From a virus, in the IMG/VR virus record IMGVR_UViG_3300042923_001201, positions 1 through 64,000 of that record: a stretch of 64,000 nucleotides of DNA. One strand, written 5' to 3'. Of the stretch, positions 15,817 through 26,049 are shown piece by piece; positions within the stretch are counted from its first letter, which is position 1; each line of letters starts with the position of its first letter. A program made the translations under genes and the position numbers. The notes beneath the pieces are model-generated. The model saw only the letters and a program-made list of their open reading frames with translations. It searched no databases and was not told the DNA's origin.

Positions 15817-18516
15817 TTGGCAGGTAAACGATTTAGTCGATTAAGTATTTTACTTGAAGCACGTGATAGAATGACTCGACCAATGCAAAATGCTAGTAGA
15901 GCCTCATCGCAACTTCAAAGAAATATGAACGCCCTGAATGGACAAACAGGCCAAAATTCAAGTGGTTTTAATAGAGTAACCAATTCCGTAAAGAATGCTT
16001 ATACAGGAATGATAAGATACTCTCAGAGTGTTATAAGAGCTTCTAAAAATTCAGCGTTGGCATATTTAGCTACTCAATCTCTAAAAGGCTCTCTAAAATT
16101 AATGACGTTAGTTGTTAATGGAACAAGGATGGCATTTAGGTATTTAGGATCAGCCATTTTAGATGCTGTAAGGAATACAAGGTTGTTTAGAGCAGGTGCG
16201 AGAGCCTACGATGTTGTTAAAACGTCAGTTAAAGGCGTGACTGTTGCTATTCTTAATGCTCTTAGAATCACTAAAATGTGGAATGCCACATTAAAGTTCA
16301 TTAGAACCACTAAAAATGATATAAGAATATTAAATGATATGTTTAAGCAATCTGCATCAAGATTAAAGCAGAATGTTGTAAACACTATTAAAAATACAGC
16401 AGCATATAAAGCCATGACTCGAGCTACGCAAGGTTTGCGCAATAAGATAGTATCTGCTCGAATAGCCATGGAATTATTTAAGAACTCCTCAACCTTTGTG
16501 GCAAAATTGAAAAATGACGCTGCAACAGCTAAGAGAGGTTTCGAAGTATTAGGTAGAGGAATAAAAAGTTTAATACCTAAATTTGAAACGTTGAGAAGAA
16601 ACATAGAGAATGCAAACCGAGGTCTCCATCAAACAGGTTCAAGACGTGCCACGTTTAATCAGTTAGCCGATGCTAATGCTAGGTTGAACAGAGAGTTGGC
16701 TCGTATGAATCGAAACCTTGACAAAGGCAACAGCAAACTTTCACAAATGAGAAGTTCAATAGGGCATCTTAATGGTATGGGTGCTGCGTTTGGTTTGGCT
16801 TATGCCGGACAGGCTGCTTACGGCACCGGTGAAAGAATTGTTGAAGGAACTGTCGGTACGGCTATGGAACAAAACTACAGTCAGGCTTCAGTAGGTATAC
16901 TGGCAGGAGCAGATAAAGGTGCAGCTTATTGGAAACAAATCCAAGAGTATGCCGCATCAACTGCGTATTCTGCAGAAGACTGGGCCCGTAATATGCGCGG
17001 TGCAATTTCAAAGTCCAAGACTGTTAAGGAATTAGAAGTTTATCAAAACGCTTTGGAACAATTGGCAACACTTGACCCTATTCAAGGTCTTGATGGTGCA
17101 GCACTCGCAATTCGAGAATTGAACTCAGGTGATATAGTTTCCTTGGTTGAACGTTTCGAGTTACCTCGTCAACAACTTAAGGAAATTAAAGCAATCGCTG
17201 ACCCTATTAAACAAATTAAAGAACTGATGAAAATAGTTGGTAAAGAAACTGGCTACACACTTGAAAACATTGCTCAAATGAAAGAGCTTCCTTTGATGCA
17301 ATGGCAAAAGATGACCAACAGCGTGAAAACAATGTTTGGTTATATCGGTTCTGGTGCGCTTGAAAAAATCGCTCCCTTAATGAAAAAGTTTAATATGCTA
17401 TGGGATTCAGGAAAACTAAAACCATTTATAGATTGGGCAACAAAAGGATTTGCAAATCTTGCAGAGAAGGCAATAAATTTTGCAACTAAACTTGCAAATG
17501 GTATTGATATGTCTTCAATAAAAGAAAAGTATAAGCCTTTCTTAGATTTGTTTAACAATATCAAATCGACAATTCAGGAAGCATGGCCTACTATTTCTGC
17601 TATACTTGACAATGCAAGAACTATCCTTGGACACGTTGCGGATGAGATAAACACTGCATGGCCAACGGCTAATACGCTACTTCAAGATATGTTAACAGTT
17701 GTTAAAGATGTGTCGGGTTGGATTGCTAACAATTGGCCTCAAACAGTTTCAATAATTGGTGGGGTTGCTGCAGCATTTGGAGCGTTCCATGTACTGTCAG
17801 CAGTAGCTAGTGGTTTCTCATTAGTTACTAAAGCAATAAAGTTATATCAAGCTGGTACACTATTAGCAACAATTCAAACATGGGCACTCAATACCGCTCT
17901 CCTCGCAAATCCTATCGTAGCAGTAATTGCTGCAGTTGTAGGTTTAGTTGCAGCCTGCGTATTATTATATAAGAACTTTGACGTTGTTAAAGAAAAAGTT
18001 GATAATATGTGGAAAAAGGTTAAAGAGTGGGGATTGGGAATGAAAAATGCCATGACTGAAGTCTTCTATATAATCAAAATGAAAGTTAATGATACTATTA
18101 ACTCTATTATTGATAAGATCAACACTATGATTAAGAAGATTAATAACATTCCAGGTGTTAAGATTCCAATTATACCTCAGGTAAAAGAACCTGTAATGCC
18201 TGCTTCAATGATTGACGCTACGCTAGGAGTTGAACCAACGGGACCCGTAACACCAAAAAGTAGTGGTGGAACAAGTTGGGGTACTGGGCATCATGGTGGT
18301 CTTAACTATGTACCATATGATGGTTATCAAGCAAGATTACACAAGGGTGAAGCGGTACTTACGAATCAAGAAAGAAAAGAACGTGATTCTAAACAACAGG
18401 CCGCAGGTGTGATAATAACCGGCAATAACTTTGTTGTACGGAATGATTCTGATATTGATTCAATAGCCGAAGCACTTTTCCAAAAATTATATAAAGCACA
18501 AACAGCCACGGGGTGA
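15817..18516 (+). CDS. tape measure protein
   Basis: ILLEARDRMTRP N-terminus, long helical body, W-spaced repeats, ANPIVAVIAAVVGL TM region, GLNYVPYDGYQARLHKGEAVLT C-terminus. Confidence 0.9.
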   Translation: MAGKRFSRLSILLEARDRMTRPMQNASRASSQLQRNMNALNGQTGQNSSGFNRVTNSVKNAYTGMIRYSQSVIRASKNSALAYLATQSLKGSLKLMTLVVNGTRMAFRYLGSAILDAVRNTRLFRAGARAYDVVKTSVKGVTVAILNALRITKMWNATLKFIRTTKNDIRILNDMFKQSASRLKQNVVNTIKNTAAYKAMTRATQGLRNKIVSARIAMELFKNSSTFVAKLKNDAATAKRGFEVLGRGIKSLIPKFETLRRNIENANRGLHQTGSRRATFNQLADANARLNRELARMNRNLDKGNSKLSQMRSSIGHLNGMGAAFGLAYAGQAAYGTGERIVEGTVGTAMEQNYSQASVGILAGADKGAAYWKQIQEYAASTAYSAEDWARNMRGAISKSKTVKELEVYQNALEQLATLDPIQGLDGAALAIRELNSGDIVSLVERFELPRQQLKEIKAIADPIKQIKELMKIVGKETGYTLENIAQMKELPLMQWQKMTNSVKTMFGYIGSGALEKIAPLMKKFNMLWDSGKLKPFIDWATKGFANLAEKAINFATKLANGIDMSSIKEKYKPFLDLFNNIKSTIQEAWPTISAILDNARTILGHVADEINTAWPTANTLLQDMLTVVKDVSGWIANNWPQTVSIIGGVAAAFGAFHVLSAVASGFSLVTKAIKLYQAGTLLATIQTWALNTALLANPIVAVIAAVVGLVAACVLLYKNFDVVKEKVDNMWKKVKEWGLGMKNAMTEVFYIIKMKVNDTINSIIDKINTMIKKINNIPGVKIPIIPQVKEPVMPASMIDATLGVEPTGPVTPKSSGGTSWGTGHHGGLNYVPYDGYQARLHKGEAVLTNQERKERDSKQQAAGVIITGNNFVVRNDSDIDSIAEALFQKLYKAQTATG

Positions 18517-18522
18517 TATTAG

Positions 18523-19209
18523 ATGTCAAGGTACAAACCAGAGAAATTTAATTTTTCAGGCATGAGTGAAAGGATAACTTTCCAAACACTTAATGCCGAT
18601 GGTACCTATACAGATAATATCACTGTATGGGCTCATATATTGAAAGATGGTTTTACAAGAAGTGAAACTGACAATTTTTTCAAGATTATGATGAGAGAAC
18701 AGTCAGCATTAAATACATTGTTGAGTATGGGAAATAGAATAAAGTGGAAAAGAATGACTTTTTCTATTTTTTCATGGAAAGATCCATCAGTAGAAGATAG
18801 AGGATTCATTGAAGTATTGGTAAAGCAAATACCTTCAACAGAAATTGGTGGGGGCTACCCCGGACCTACTGAGGGTGATTTCTTCAAAGATGTGGTTTCT
18901 GTATATAATATGACAACTGTCGAAGAAAGCGATTATGGATTAAAGTCATATAAATATACCTATGATTTCACAACTCCAAATTATATAGGTATAAGATGTA
19001 ACTTCTCACCTGATAGAAACAGATATTTGGATGATAAGAATGTGGATACAGAACATGATTCACTTATTGTAACCTTTAATATTGATGCTCCTATTAAAAC
19101 TGAGGATTATATTGTATCTCATGTTCATGGAAAGTTTAAGGTCGATATGGTTGTGAAAACAGATGAAAATACTCTGTTAGCACATGTTCAAAGGAGTGAA
19201 GTACAATAA
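18523..19209 (+). CDS. head-closure/adaptor protein, apparently two tandem beta-barrel domains
   Basis: N-half MSERITFQ...TVWA.I is SPP1 gp16-like; C-half is XkdH-like. Confidence 0.55.
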   Translation: MSRYKPEKFNFSGMSERITFQTLNADGTYTDNITVWAHILKDGFTRSETDNFFKIMMREQSALNTLLSMGNRIKWKRMTFSIFSWKDPSVEDRGFIEVLVKQIPSTEIGGGYPGPTEGDFFKDVVSVYNMTTVEESDYGLKSYKYTYDFTTPNYIGIRCNFSPDRNRYLDDKNVDTEHDSLIVTFNIDAPIKTEDYIVSHVHGKFKVDMVVKTDENTLLAHVQRSEVQ

Positions 19210-19667
19210 TGCTAGAGCAATTTTTAAAGTCAATTATGGCGTACTTCGTATCCAAAGAACCCATGAACGCCTACATCCAAAAAATACCTGTAGATGTTAA
19301 GTATCCTTGTTATTTAGTTAACAAATGTGATATTGTAACACAGCCACTCAATTCTTATTATTTCATAAACACAGTAACTTTATATGTTCGAGTTTTTGGA
19401 ACAGATGAAGTAGAATTAAAAAATAAAGTATTCAATTTAACAAACAGAATTTTCGAGGAGAATCGAAAAATACCAATCTTAAACAAAGATGGTACTCATA
19501 ATGGACGATTCGTAAGAATAGAAAATATTGAGTCCATTGATATTCCTGTTGACGAAAATGAGATGTATTGTGTCGAGCTAAATTTTAGTTTCGATACTAC
19601 TCATATTGTCGGTACTCAGGAGTTCGATCTGTTAGGACGCGTATTCTTCAGATTTGAATTAAATTAA
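19209..19667 (+). CDS. tail terminator (XkdJ-like)
   Basis: AYIQKIP.DVKYPCY motif; position before the sheath. Confidence 0.65.
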   Translation: MLEQFLKSIMAYFVSKEPMNAYIQKIPVDVKYPCYLVNKCDIVTQPLNSYYFINTVTLYVRVFGTDEVELKNKVFNLTNRIFEENRKIPILNKDGTHNGRFVRIENIESIDIPVDENEMYCVELNFSFDTTHIVGTQEFDLLGRVFFRFELN

Positions 19668-19683
19668 TTAGGGGGACTACACA

Positions 19684-20751
19684 ATGGCAGTTAAAGTTAC
19701 AACTGGCGGAGTTTTTACTAAAGCGCCTGGACAAAGACCTGGTTTGTATGTTCGGTTTATAGAACGGGCAATTGCAGCTATTGGTTCTGGTGCAAGATCA
19801 AAGGTTGCTACTCTGAAATCAACATTTAGTGGAACGGCTGTTGCTAATAAAGTATACCGAGTAACAAATATGGAACAGGCCACATCACTTTTCGGAGACG
19901 GAAACGTAAAAGATATTGCACAAATTTTTACAGGTGGCGCATCTGAAGTAGTTGTTTCAACAGCTGGAACTGGTGGAACTATAAACTGGAGTGCTGCCCT
20001 ACAGGCTCTTGAAACATATGAGTTTCATGTATATGTAAATCCAGTAGGTGGCGATACAGCTTTGGCTACAGCTTCATTCACTTGGCTGAAAACTTGCAAA
20101 ACAAACGGAATGAGTTTCATCGGTGTATTTGCTGATAAGGCTTCTGAAGGTACTGTAACTTCGGTTAAGGCTGCAGCTACTGGTTTCGACGATGAATATG
20201 CAGTTTTTGTTGGTGGGGGCGTGCTTAAAGCAGACGGTACCAAAGTTGAGGCTGACGAATATGCTTGCTATATTGCAGGTCTGATTGCAGGTACTCCACT
20301 TGATGGATCGCTGACATATCTTGACGTTCCATTTGCTGAACCTATCACTCGTTACCGCAGCGTCGATGTTATTGATCTGTTGGCTGCTGGTGTGCTTGTT
20401 ACAGTAATGGACGGGGACAAACCGCGTATTGAACAGGGTCTTACTCTCGGTGAAGGTACATTCAGTAAGATTCGTACTGTTCGTGCTAAACAAGCCCTGG
20501 TGGATGACATTAGCAGAACTGTTAATGATTCCTATATCGGTAAAATCACCAACAATGCAAATGGTCAAGTAGCAGTAATTAATGCTATAAAGGCATACCT
20601 TACTACTTTGGCTACAGCGAATGTTATTGACACTGACTTCATTGTTGAACTTGATCCTACTCAACCGTCTGTAGGTTCCGATCTCTACATTCTTGTTGGT
20701 GTTAGATTCCTTGATTCTATCGAATATGTCTACATGACAATTTCCAACTAA
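19684..20751 (+). CDS. tail sheath protein (XkdK-like)
   Basis: RPGLYVRF, IAGLIAG..L..SLTY, SKIRTVR, YIGKI.N...G, DSIEYVY. Confidence 0.93.
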   Translation: MAVKVTTGGVFTKAPGQRPGLYVRFIERAIAAIGSGARSKVATLKSTFSGTAVANKVYRVTNMEQATSLFGDGNVKDIAQIFTGGASEVVVSTAGTGGTINWSAALQALETYEFHVYVNPVGGDTALATASFTWLKTCKTNGMSFIGVFADKASEGTVTSVKAAATGFDDEYAVFVGGGVLKADGTKVEADEYACYIAGLIAGTPLDGSLTYLDVPFAEPITRYRSVDVIDLLAAGVLVTVMDGDKPRIEQGLTLGEGTFSKIRTVRAKQALVDDISRTVNDSYIGKITNNANGQVAVINAIKAYLTTLATANVIDTDFIVELDPTQPSVGSDLYILVGVRFLDSIEYVYMTISN

Positions 20752-20768
20752 TATAGGAGGTAATATAA

Positions 20769-21194
20769 ATGGCAATAGCACCCCAAACAGTATTCCGCGG
20801 AACTGACGCGGAAATCCACATGGAAGGCCAGTGGATTAGTAATGCCTCGTCTGTTGAGGCTACTGTGGAAGTTAACCAAGCTGAAGTAAATGTATTGGGT
20901 AACTGGTGGACCGTTTATCGTAACATGGGTCTTTCTGGCTCAGGTTCGATGACAGGCGTTTTTGTAAACACCACTTTGCTCGAGCGTATTGGCACGATTC
21001 AAGCAGGGAGAGAATTTAGAACTGAACTTGTTATTTCAAATACTAATCCAGACGTTGATAAGACGTATCGGGTAACTTTGAAAAACGTTACTTTCACTTC
21101 TATTCCACTTGCAAACTTTAGCACAGGAGAAATTGCTGAGCAAGAGTTTCCATTCACTTTTAGTGGATATGAAATTAATAGCGTAGTATCATAA
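20769..21194 (+). CDS. tail tube protein (XkdM-like)
   Basis: GSGSMT, RVTLKNVTF.SIPLANF, EFPFTF. Confidence 0.9.
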   Translation: MAIAPQTVFRGTDAEIHMEGQWISNASSVEATVEVNQAEVNVLGNWWTVYRNMGLSGSGSMTGVFVNTTLLERIGTIQAGREFRTELVISNTNPDVDKTYRVTLKNVTFTSIPLANFSTGEIAEQEFPFTFSGYEINSVVS

Positions 21195-21200
21195 TAATAT

Positions 21201-21247
21201 GGGAGGGTAAACTGCAAATGTTCCGCAGCACCCTCCCTATTTTTTTA
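21201..21247 (+). terminator. intrinsic terminator after the tube gene
   Basis: GGGAGGGT/ACCCTCCC plus T run. Confidence 0.75.
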
Positions 21248-21302
21248 TGAGAACTTATGGTAGATAAAATTTATATTTTATATCTAAAAATGGGCCAAAA
21301 AC

Positions 21303-21335
21303 GGTTTACAAACTGACTTTTAAAGAACATATATA
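21303..21335 (+). promoter_or_regulatory. putative late promoter of the chaperone/baseplate operon
   Basis: GGTTTACA-17-CATATA. Confidence 0.5.
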
Positions 21336-21379
21336 TTATGAAGGTGAATAAAAACCTTAAAAATAGGAGGAAATTAACA

Positions 21380-21784
21380 ATGTCCGAAGTAATTAAAGAA
21401 AAAGATATTTTGGCTGCACTGCTTGCCCCTGATAATGATGTAATTGTTGAAGTTCCAATGAAACGTTTCGGTATTAACTTTAAACTTAAGGCTCTGTCTC
21501 CCGATGAAATGAGTCGTGTACAGCAACGTGCAACTCGTCTTGTTGGTAAAGGAAAGAAAGTATTTAATGAAGAAATGTTTAACTATCTTACAATTATTGA
21601 AGCGTGTATTGTTCCTAATTGGAAAGATGAAAAAGTATTGGAAGCTCTCGGTGTAACCGATCCGATCGATGCAATTAAGAAGCGTCTGTTGTTTGGTGAA
21701 GTTGCGTATCTGCTTCAAGAAATCGGTAATTTGAATGGTTTCGACCAATCTGATGAAGAAATTATTGAAGAAGTAAAAAACTAA
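21380..21784 (+). CDS. tail assembly chaperone (XkdN-like)
   Basis: F.LKALS..E, VPNWKD.K, LLFGEV, GFD...EEVKN. Confidence 0.9.
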   Translation: MSEVIKEKDILAALLAPDNDVIVEVPMKRFGINFKLKALSPDEMSRVQQRATRLVGKGKKVFNEEMFNYLTIIEACIVPNWKDEKVLEALGVTDPIDAIKKRLLFGEVAYLLQEIGNLNGFDQSDEEIIEEVKN

Positions 21785-21942
21785 TAAAGCAGGACTTTGA
21801 GGCGAGTATGTTACACTACTTACTTCAGGAAAAGTCACTAATGCCCGATGAAATTTACGCAAAACCACGGGGCGTGAAAAACTTCATTTACGCCTCTACA
21901 CTTCTTCAAATAGAAATGGAAGAGAAAGCAGCTAAAAAGTAA
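21775..21942 (+). CDS. -1 frameshift extension of the tail assembly chaperone (XkzB-like)
   Basis: Slippery A AAA AAC at 21775-21781; -1 frame LIKQDFEASMLHYLLQ...FIYASTLLQIEMEEKAAKK. Confidence 0.8.
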   Translation, partial: KKLIKQDFEASMLHYLLQEKSLMPDEIYAKPRGVKNFIYASTLLQIEMEEKAAKK

Positions 21943-21954
21943 GGAGGTAAATAT

Positions 21955-22617
21955 ATGGCAGTTGAAATTTGGTTGAAAAAAGATGAAGATGACAGACTGT
22001 TAATTCCTGTAAACCCTCCTACAGTTGGCTCTACCTTAACCAGAAACTATGAAGATATAGTTGTGGCAAGCGGTGACGAAAAAACTGTTATGAGTGGTAA
22101 AAACCTCAGAGAATATACGATTGCATCCTTTCTACCGAAGCGAATGACTTATTATAACAAAGCAGCATCTGATTATACAGATCCTATTGTTATTGTAACG
22201 AAAATCGAAAAATGGATGAACTCAAAGACAGTCCTGCTACTTCAAGTTACGAACACAGTAATTAACAAACCTGTTACCATAAGATCATTTAAATGGGAAG
22301 TAAATCATGTCGGTGATGTTGATTATACTCTGGAATTAAAACAATATGATCCTATTACTTTTAAAGCAATCACTTCGGGTCCTAGTTCAACTGAAACAGT
22401 TAAAACTGTAGTTGCTCCAACAAAGACTCGTCCAGCGTCTCAAAAAGTAACATCGGGTGATTACACAGTAAAAACAGGCGATAGTCTTTGGACAATTGCT
22501 AAAAAGTTTTATAACGATGGGTCAAAAACGGATAAAATATATCAAGCAAATAAAAAGGTTATAGGTCCTAATCCCAATTTAATTCAGCCCGGTATGAAGT
22601 TGGTGATTCCTGAATGA
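21955..22617 (+). CDS. tail tube initiator with LysM domain (XkdP-like)
   Basis: IPVNP, GDVDYTLELKQY, LysM YTVKTGDSLWTIAKKFY...IQPG. Confidence 0.9.
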   Translation: MAVEIWLKKDEDDRLLIPVNPPTVGSTLTRNYEDIVVASGDEKTVMSGKNLREYTIASFLPKRMTYYNKAASDYTDPIVIVTKIEKWMNSKTVLLLQVTNTVINKPVTIRSFKWEVNHVGDVDYTLELKQYDPITFKAITSGPSSTETVKTVVAPTKTRPASQKVTSGDYTVKTGDSLWTIAKKFYNDGSKTDKIYQANKKVIGPNPNLIQPGMKLVIPE

Positions 22618-23621
22618 TAAGTTTGTTTGTATATTCTTATATCAGTAAAACCCAATATAATTTAACTGATATGTTAAAAGATGTTAGTTGGAGTGGAGAT
22701 ATTAACACCCTGCCCCGAAACATCGACGTACAGTTAATGAACAGTGTTGATAAACAAGGCGATAAGCGCGCAGTTCCTTTTGATGTTGGTGATATGGTAA
22801 TCTTAAAATATGATGATTCAGAAATATTTAGAGGATTCATATTTAAAAGGTCAATTGATGAAATCGGATCCGAATCTTTTACTGCATATGATGAACTTAT
22901 TTATGCAGTTAAGAATAGCACATCAACAATTGTTAAGAAAAAGACAGCATCTGCTGTAATTACAGAACAAATGAAGAAATTTGGTATTGAGATAGGTTCG
23001 ATTGAAAGCACCAAAATAGTAATACCAAAAAAAGTTTTTCAAGGTTCTTCAATAAACGAGATTTGGGAACAATGTCTTGAATATGAAAAATCTAAAACTG
23101 GTAAATCCTATCATATTTTTTCCTCTAAGGGAAAAGTGTATATGTGGTCAAGGGAAAAAGCTTCAAAGGCCACAATAAGTATTAACGATATAATTTCAGG
23201 AACCCAAGAAGTATCCATTGAGGATTTAAAAACTCAAGTACTTGTAACAAAAGGAAACATAGATCCAACTGCTGAGGATGCAAAAAGTAAAGATTTTGTT
23301 CCTTATAAGGAAGTACTTATAGTTGACAAAGAAGGTGTTCAAAGGTATGGACAACTTCAAACAGTTGAAGAAGCAGATGATAAAGACACTTTAGCTTCTA
23401 TGAAAAATAGAGGTAATACAATTTTAGGTTCATCGAACAAACCTGAAACAACATCTAATATAGACTTTATAGGAAATGTTAACTGTATTACTGGAAGAAT
23501 TATTGAAGTAACAGATCCTACAATAGGTTTGTCTGGTGTATATTACATTACTTCTGATAATCACACATTTTCAAACGGAGTTCACAAAATGTCACTTCAA
23601 ATATCAAAAAAATTAGAGTAG
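22614..23621 (+). CDS. baseplate hub (XkdQ-like)
   Basis: VSWSGD, IFRGFIF, TAYD.L.Y, YG.LQ, D.HTF.NG.HKM.L. Confidence 0.88.
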   Translation: MISLFVYSYISKTQYNLTDMLKDVSWSGDINTLPRNIDVQLMNSVDKQGDKRAVPFDVGDMVILKYDDSEIFRGFIFKRSIDEIGSESFTAYDELIYAVKNSTSTIVKKKTASAVITEQMKKFGIEIGSIESTKIVIPKKVFQGSSINEIWEQCLEYEKSKTGKSYHIFSSKGKVYMWSREKASKATISINDIISGTQEVSIEDLKTQVLVTKGNIDPTAEDAKSKDFVPYKEVLIVDKEGVQRYGQLQTVEEADDKDTLASMKNRGNTILGSSNKPETTSNIDFIGNVNCITGRIIEVTDPTIGLSGVYYITSDNHTFSNGVHKMSLQISKKLE

Positions 23622-23631
23622 GTGAAATAGA

Positions 23632-24006
23632 ATGCCTGAAGGTAATCCTTATACAAACCTCTTAAAGATGATGAAATTGCAAGGTTATAATAAAGACAGT
23701 GATATTTCTTTTGGAAAGGTAACTTCTATTTCGCCGCTCAAATTTAAGGTCAATGATTTTGAAATAGAGCCAGGCGATTATATCATTACTGAAAGCCTGA
23801 TTGAACATAAAAGGGAAGCAGAAATAAGCGTAAAAACAGTTACAGCTACAACTTCCCAAAATAGCAATCACACTCATACTTTAACTCCTTTTGAAATAAC
23901 TAAAGCAGAAATAACTGTTAAATCTCCTTTAAAGGTTGGAGACTTAGTTTTAATATTAATTGATGGCGATAACTTTTTTGTAATAGATCGGGTGGTGATT
24001 AAATAA
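23632..24006 (+). CDS. baseplate spike (XkdR/DUF2577-like)
   Basis: FGKVTSISPL, H.H apex motif, LKVGD.V...FFVIDRV. Confidence 0.85.
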   Translation: MPEGNPYTNLLKMMKLQGYNKDSDISFGKVTSISPLKFKVNDFEIEPGDYIITESLIEHKREAEISVKTVTATTSQNSNHTHTLTPFEITKAEITVKSPLKVGDLVLILIDGDNFFVIDRVVIK

Positions 24007-24434
24007 TGCTAAGACCTTTAGTTTTTACAGACGCTGAACTACAAGAGTTTGAAAAAATGAGTGCGGTAAAAGAAAATTTGCCCGGAAAAACATATAGAAT
24101 TGATTTTGATAGACAAATGATTTTCGCTGAATATGTAGATCAGGCTGATGCATTACGTCAAGCAATCATAAAAATTATTAAAACTCCTCGAGATAGACAT
24201 CTTATATATACTTCAGATTACGGTTGTGAAATTTACAATATTTTAGGACAAGGTTACTCAATTGAGTATTTAAACTTAGAAGTTCCACGTATGATAGATG
24301 AAGCTTTATCAATTGATGATAGAATAGTAGGAACTGATAACTATACTATTGAAAAACAAGGCGATAATCTTTATGTAACATTTAATGTAAATACAACTCT
24401 AAATGAAAATTTTACGGTAGGGGTGACAATATAG
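24006..24434 (+). CDS. baseplate wedge/sheath initiator (XkdS/gp25-like)
   Basis: ALRQAI.K...T.R....IY..DYG.E; EAL..DDRI. Confidence 0.88.
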   Translation: MLRPLVFTDAELQEFEKMSAVKENLPGKTYRIDFDRQMIFAEYVDQADALRQAIIKIIKTPRDRHLIYTSDYGCEIYNILGQGYSIEYLNLEVPRMIDEALSIDDRIVGTDNYTIEKQGDNLYVTFNVNTTLNENFTVGVTI

Positions 24435-24435
24435 A

Positions 24436-25470
24436 ATGTATGAAACTCAAACATATGAAGCGATTTTCCAACGAATGTTAAGTAAACTGTCTAATGACAT
24501 TGATAAGCGTGAAGGTTCTATAGCTTATGATGCTCTCGCTCCCAAAGCTGCAGAACTCGCTATTGCTTATATGGAACTTGATAATATACTTAAATTCGGG
24601 TATGTTGATACAACTTATGGCAAATTCCTAGACTCAAAAGTATTGGAAGTAGGTATCATAAGAGACCCAGAAAAAAAAGCAACAGGTACGCTAAAATTTA
24701 TGGGTGCAAGTGGAACGGTTATTCCTAAAGGAACCGAAGCATATACAGATAGCGGCGTTTCTTTTGTTACGACTGAACCAGGGACGATTGTTGGTGGCGA
24801 AGTTATTGTCAATATAGTTGCTGTTAATGCAGGAGTTATTGGTAATGTTGCTATGAACTCAATTATTAATACCGTTATTGAAGACGTTACTTGTACGAAT
24901 ATCGCGGCAACTGCTGGAGGAGAAGATATAGAGACAGATGAATCATTGCTTAAAAAATTCATTAAACAAGTTACAACTCCTAGTACAAGCGGTAATATTT
25001 ATGATTATTATGATTGGGCTCTAGAAGTAGTAGGTATTGGCGATGCCAGAGTAATTCCAATTTGGAATGGCAATGGAACGGTTAAAGTCGTAGTAATTGG
25101 TGATGATAAGAAAGCCGTTACACCATCGAAGGTAGTTGAAGTAAAAGATTATATTGAGACTAAACGACCTGTTGGCGTAAACCTTACAGTTGAATCAGCT
25201 GTAAATAAAAGCATTAATATTAACGTCAAGTTGTCATTAAATGGAAAAACACCTGCCGAAATTACACCGATTCTAACGGAAAAGGTCGAAGAATATTTTA
25301 GAGATGTTTCATTTATTGATTCTGAAATTAAAATTTCAAGAATAGGTTCTATCTTACTTGAAATTCCAGGTGTAGTCGATTACTCAAACCTAACTTTGAA
25401 CGCCTCTTCAGGCAATATCGTACTTGCTGATAATGAAGTAGCAACAATAGGAACGGTGACGATAACATGA
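24436..25470 (+). CDS. baseplate J-like protein (XkdT)
   Basis: DKREGS, GG.D.ETDE.L, SGN..DY..WA.EV.G, WNG.GTVKV. Confidence 0.92.
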   Translation: MYETQTYEAIFQRMLSKLSNDIDKREGSIAYDALAPKAAELAIAYMELDNILKFGYVDTTYGKFLDSKVLEVGIIRDPEKKATGTLKFMGASGTVIPKGTEAYTDSGVSFVTTEPGTIVGGEVIVNIVAVNAGVIGNVAMNSIINTVIEDVTCTNIAATAGGEDIETDESLLKKFIKQVTTPSTSGNIYDYYDWALEVVGIGDARVIPIWNGNGTVKVVVIGDDKKAVTPSKVVEVKDYIETKRPVGVNLTVESAVNKSININVKLSLNGKTPAEITPILTEKVEEYFRDVSFIDSEIKISRIGSILLEIPGVVDYSNLTLNASSGNIVLADNEVATIGTVTIT

Positions 25471-26036
25471 AGTTAATCGGATCAGATTACGAACGAAAAT
25501 TAAATACTATTCTTATGGACTATCTCCCGAGGTATTATCAAGATTCAAAAGCTATGATGGAAATAATGAAAATCGACGCAGCAGAATTAGAATCGCTTAA
25601 TGCTGCTACATTAGACGTTTTTGATCAATTCTTTATAAACAAAGCAACTTGGGGTTTAGACAATTGGGAAAAGATACTGAATATCACACCCTCAGATAGA
25701 TCATACGCACAAAGGCGATCTGTTATAATTTCAAGGTTGCGTGGTACGGGTGTTGTTACTGCTGCATTGATAAAAAATGTAGCCGAATCATTCCTTAATG
25801 GTGAAGTTCAAGTTACTGAAGTTTTTTCAAATTATGAAATATTGGTTAAGTTCATTGGAACTCGCGGTATTCCTGATGATTTGGAAGGATTAAGGAAATC
25901 AATAAGAGATATAGTTCCCGCACACCTAGGAATACAGTTTATAATTACTTATTTGGCTTTTATTGAATTAGATAACCAAATATGGAGAGATATAGATTTA
26001 CTAACGTGGAGTGAATTAGAAACAAAATTCTTTTAA
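25467..26036 (+). CDS. baseplate protein (XkdU/YmfQ-like)
   Basis: YLP.YY, ATWGL..WEK.L, PAHL. Confidence 0.9.
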   Translation: MKLIGSDYERKLNTILMDYLPRYYQDSKAMMEIMKIDAAELESLNAATLDVFDQFFINKATWGLDNWEKILNITPSDRSYAQRRSVIISRLRGTGVVTAALIKNVAESFLNGEVQVTEVFSNYEILVKFIGTRGIPDDLEGLRKSIRDIVPAHLGIQFIITYLAFIELDNQIWRDIDLLTWSELETKFF

Positions 26037-26049
26037 CGGAGGAAAATAA

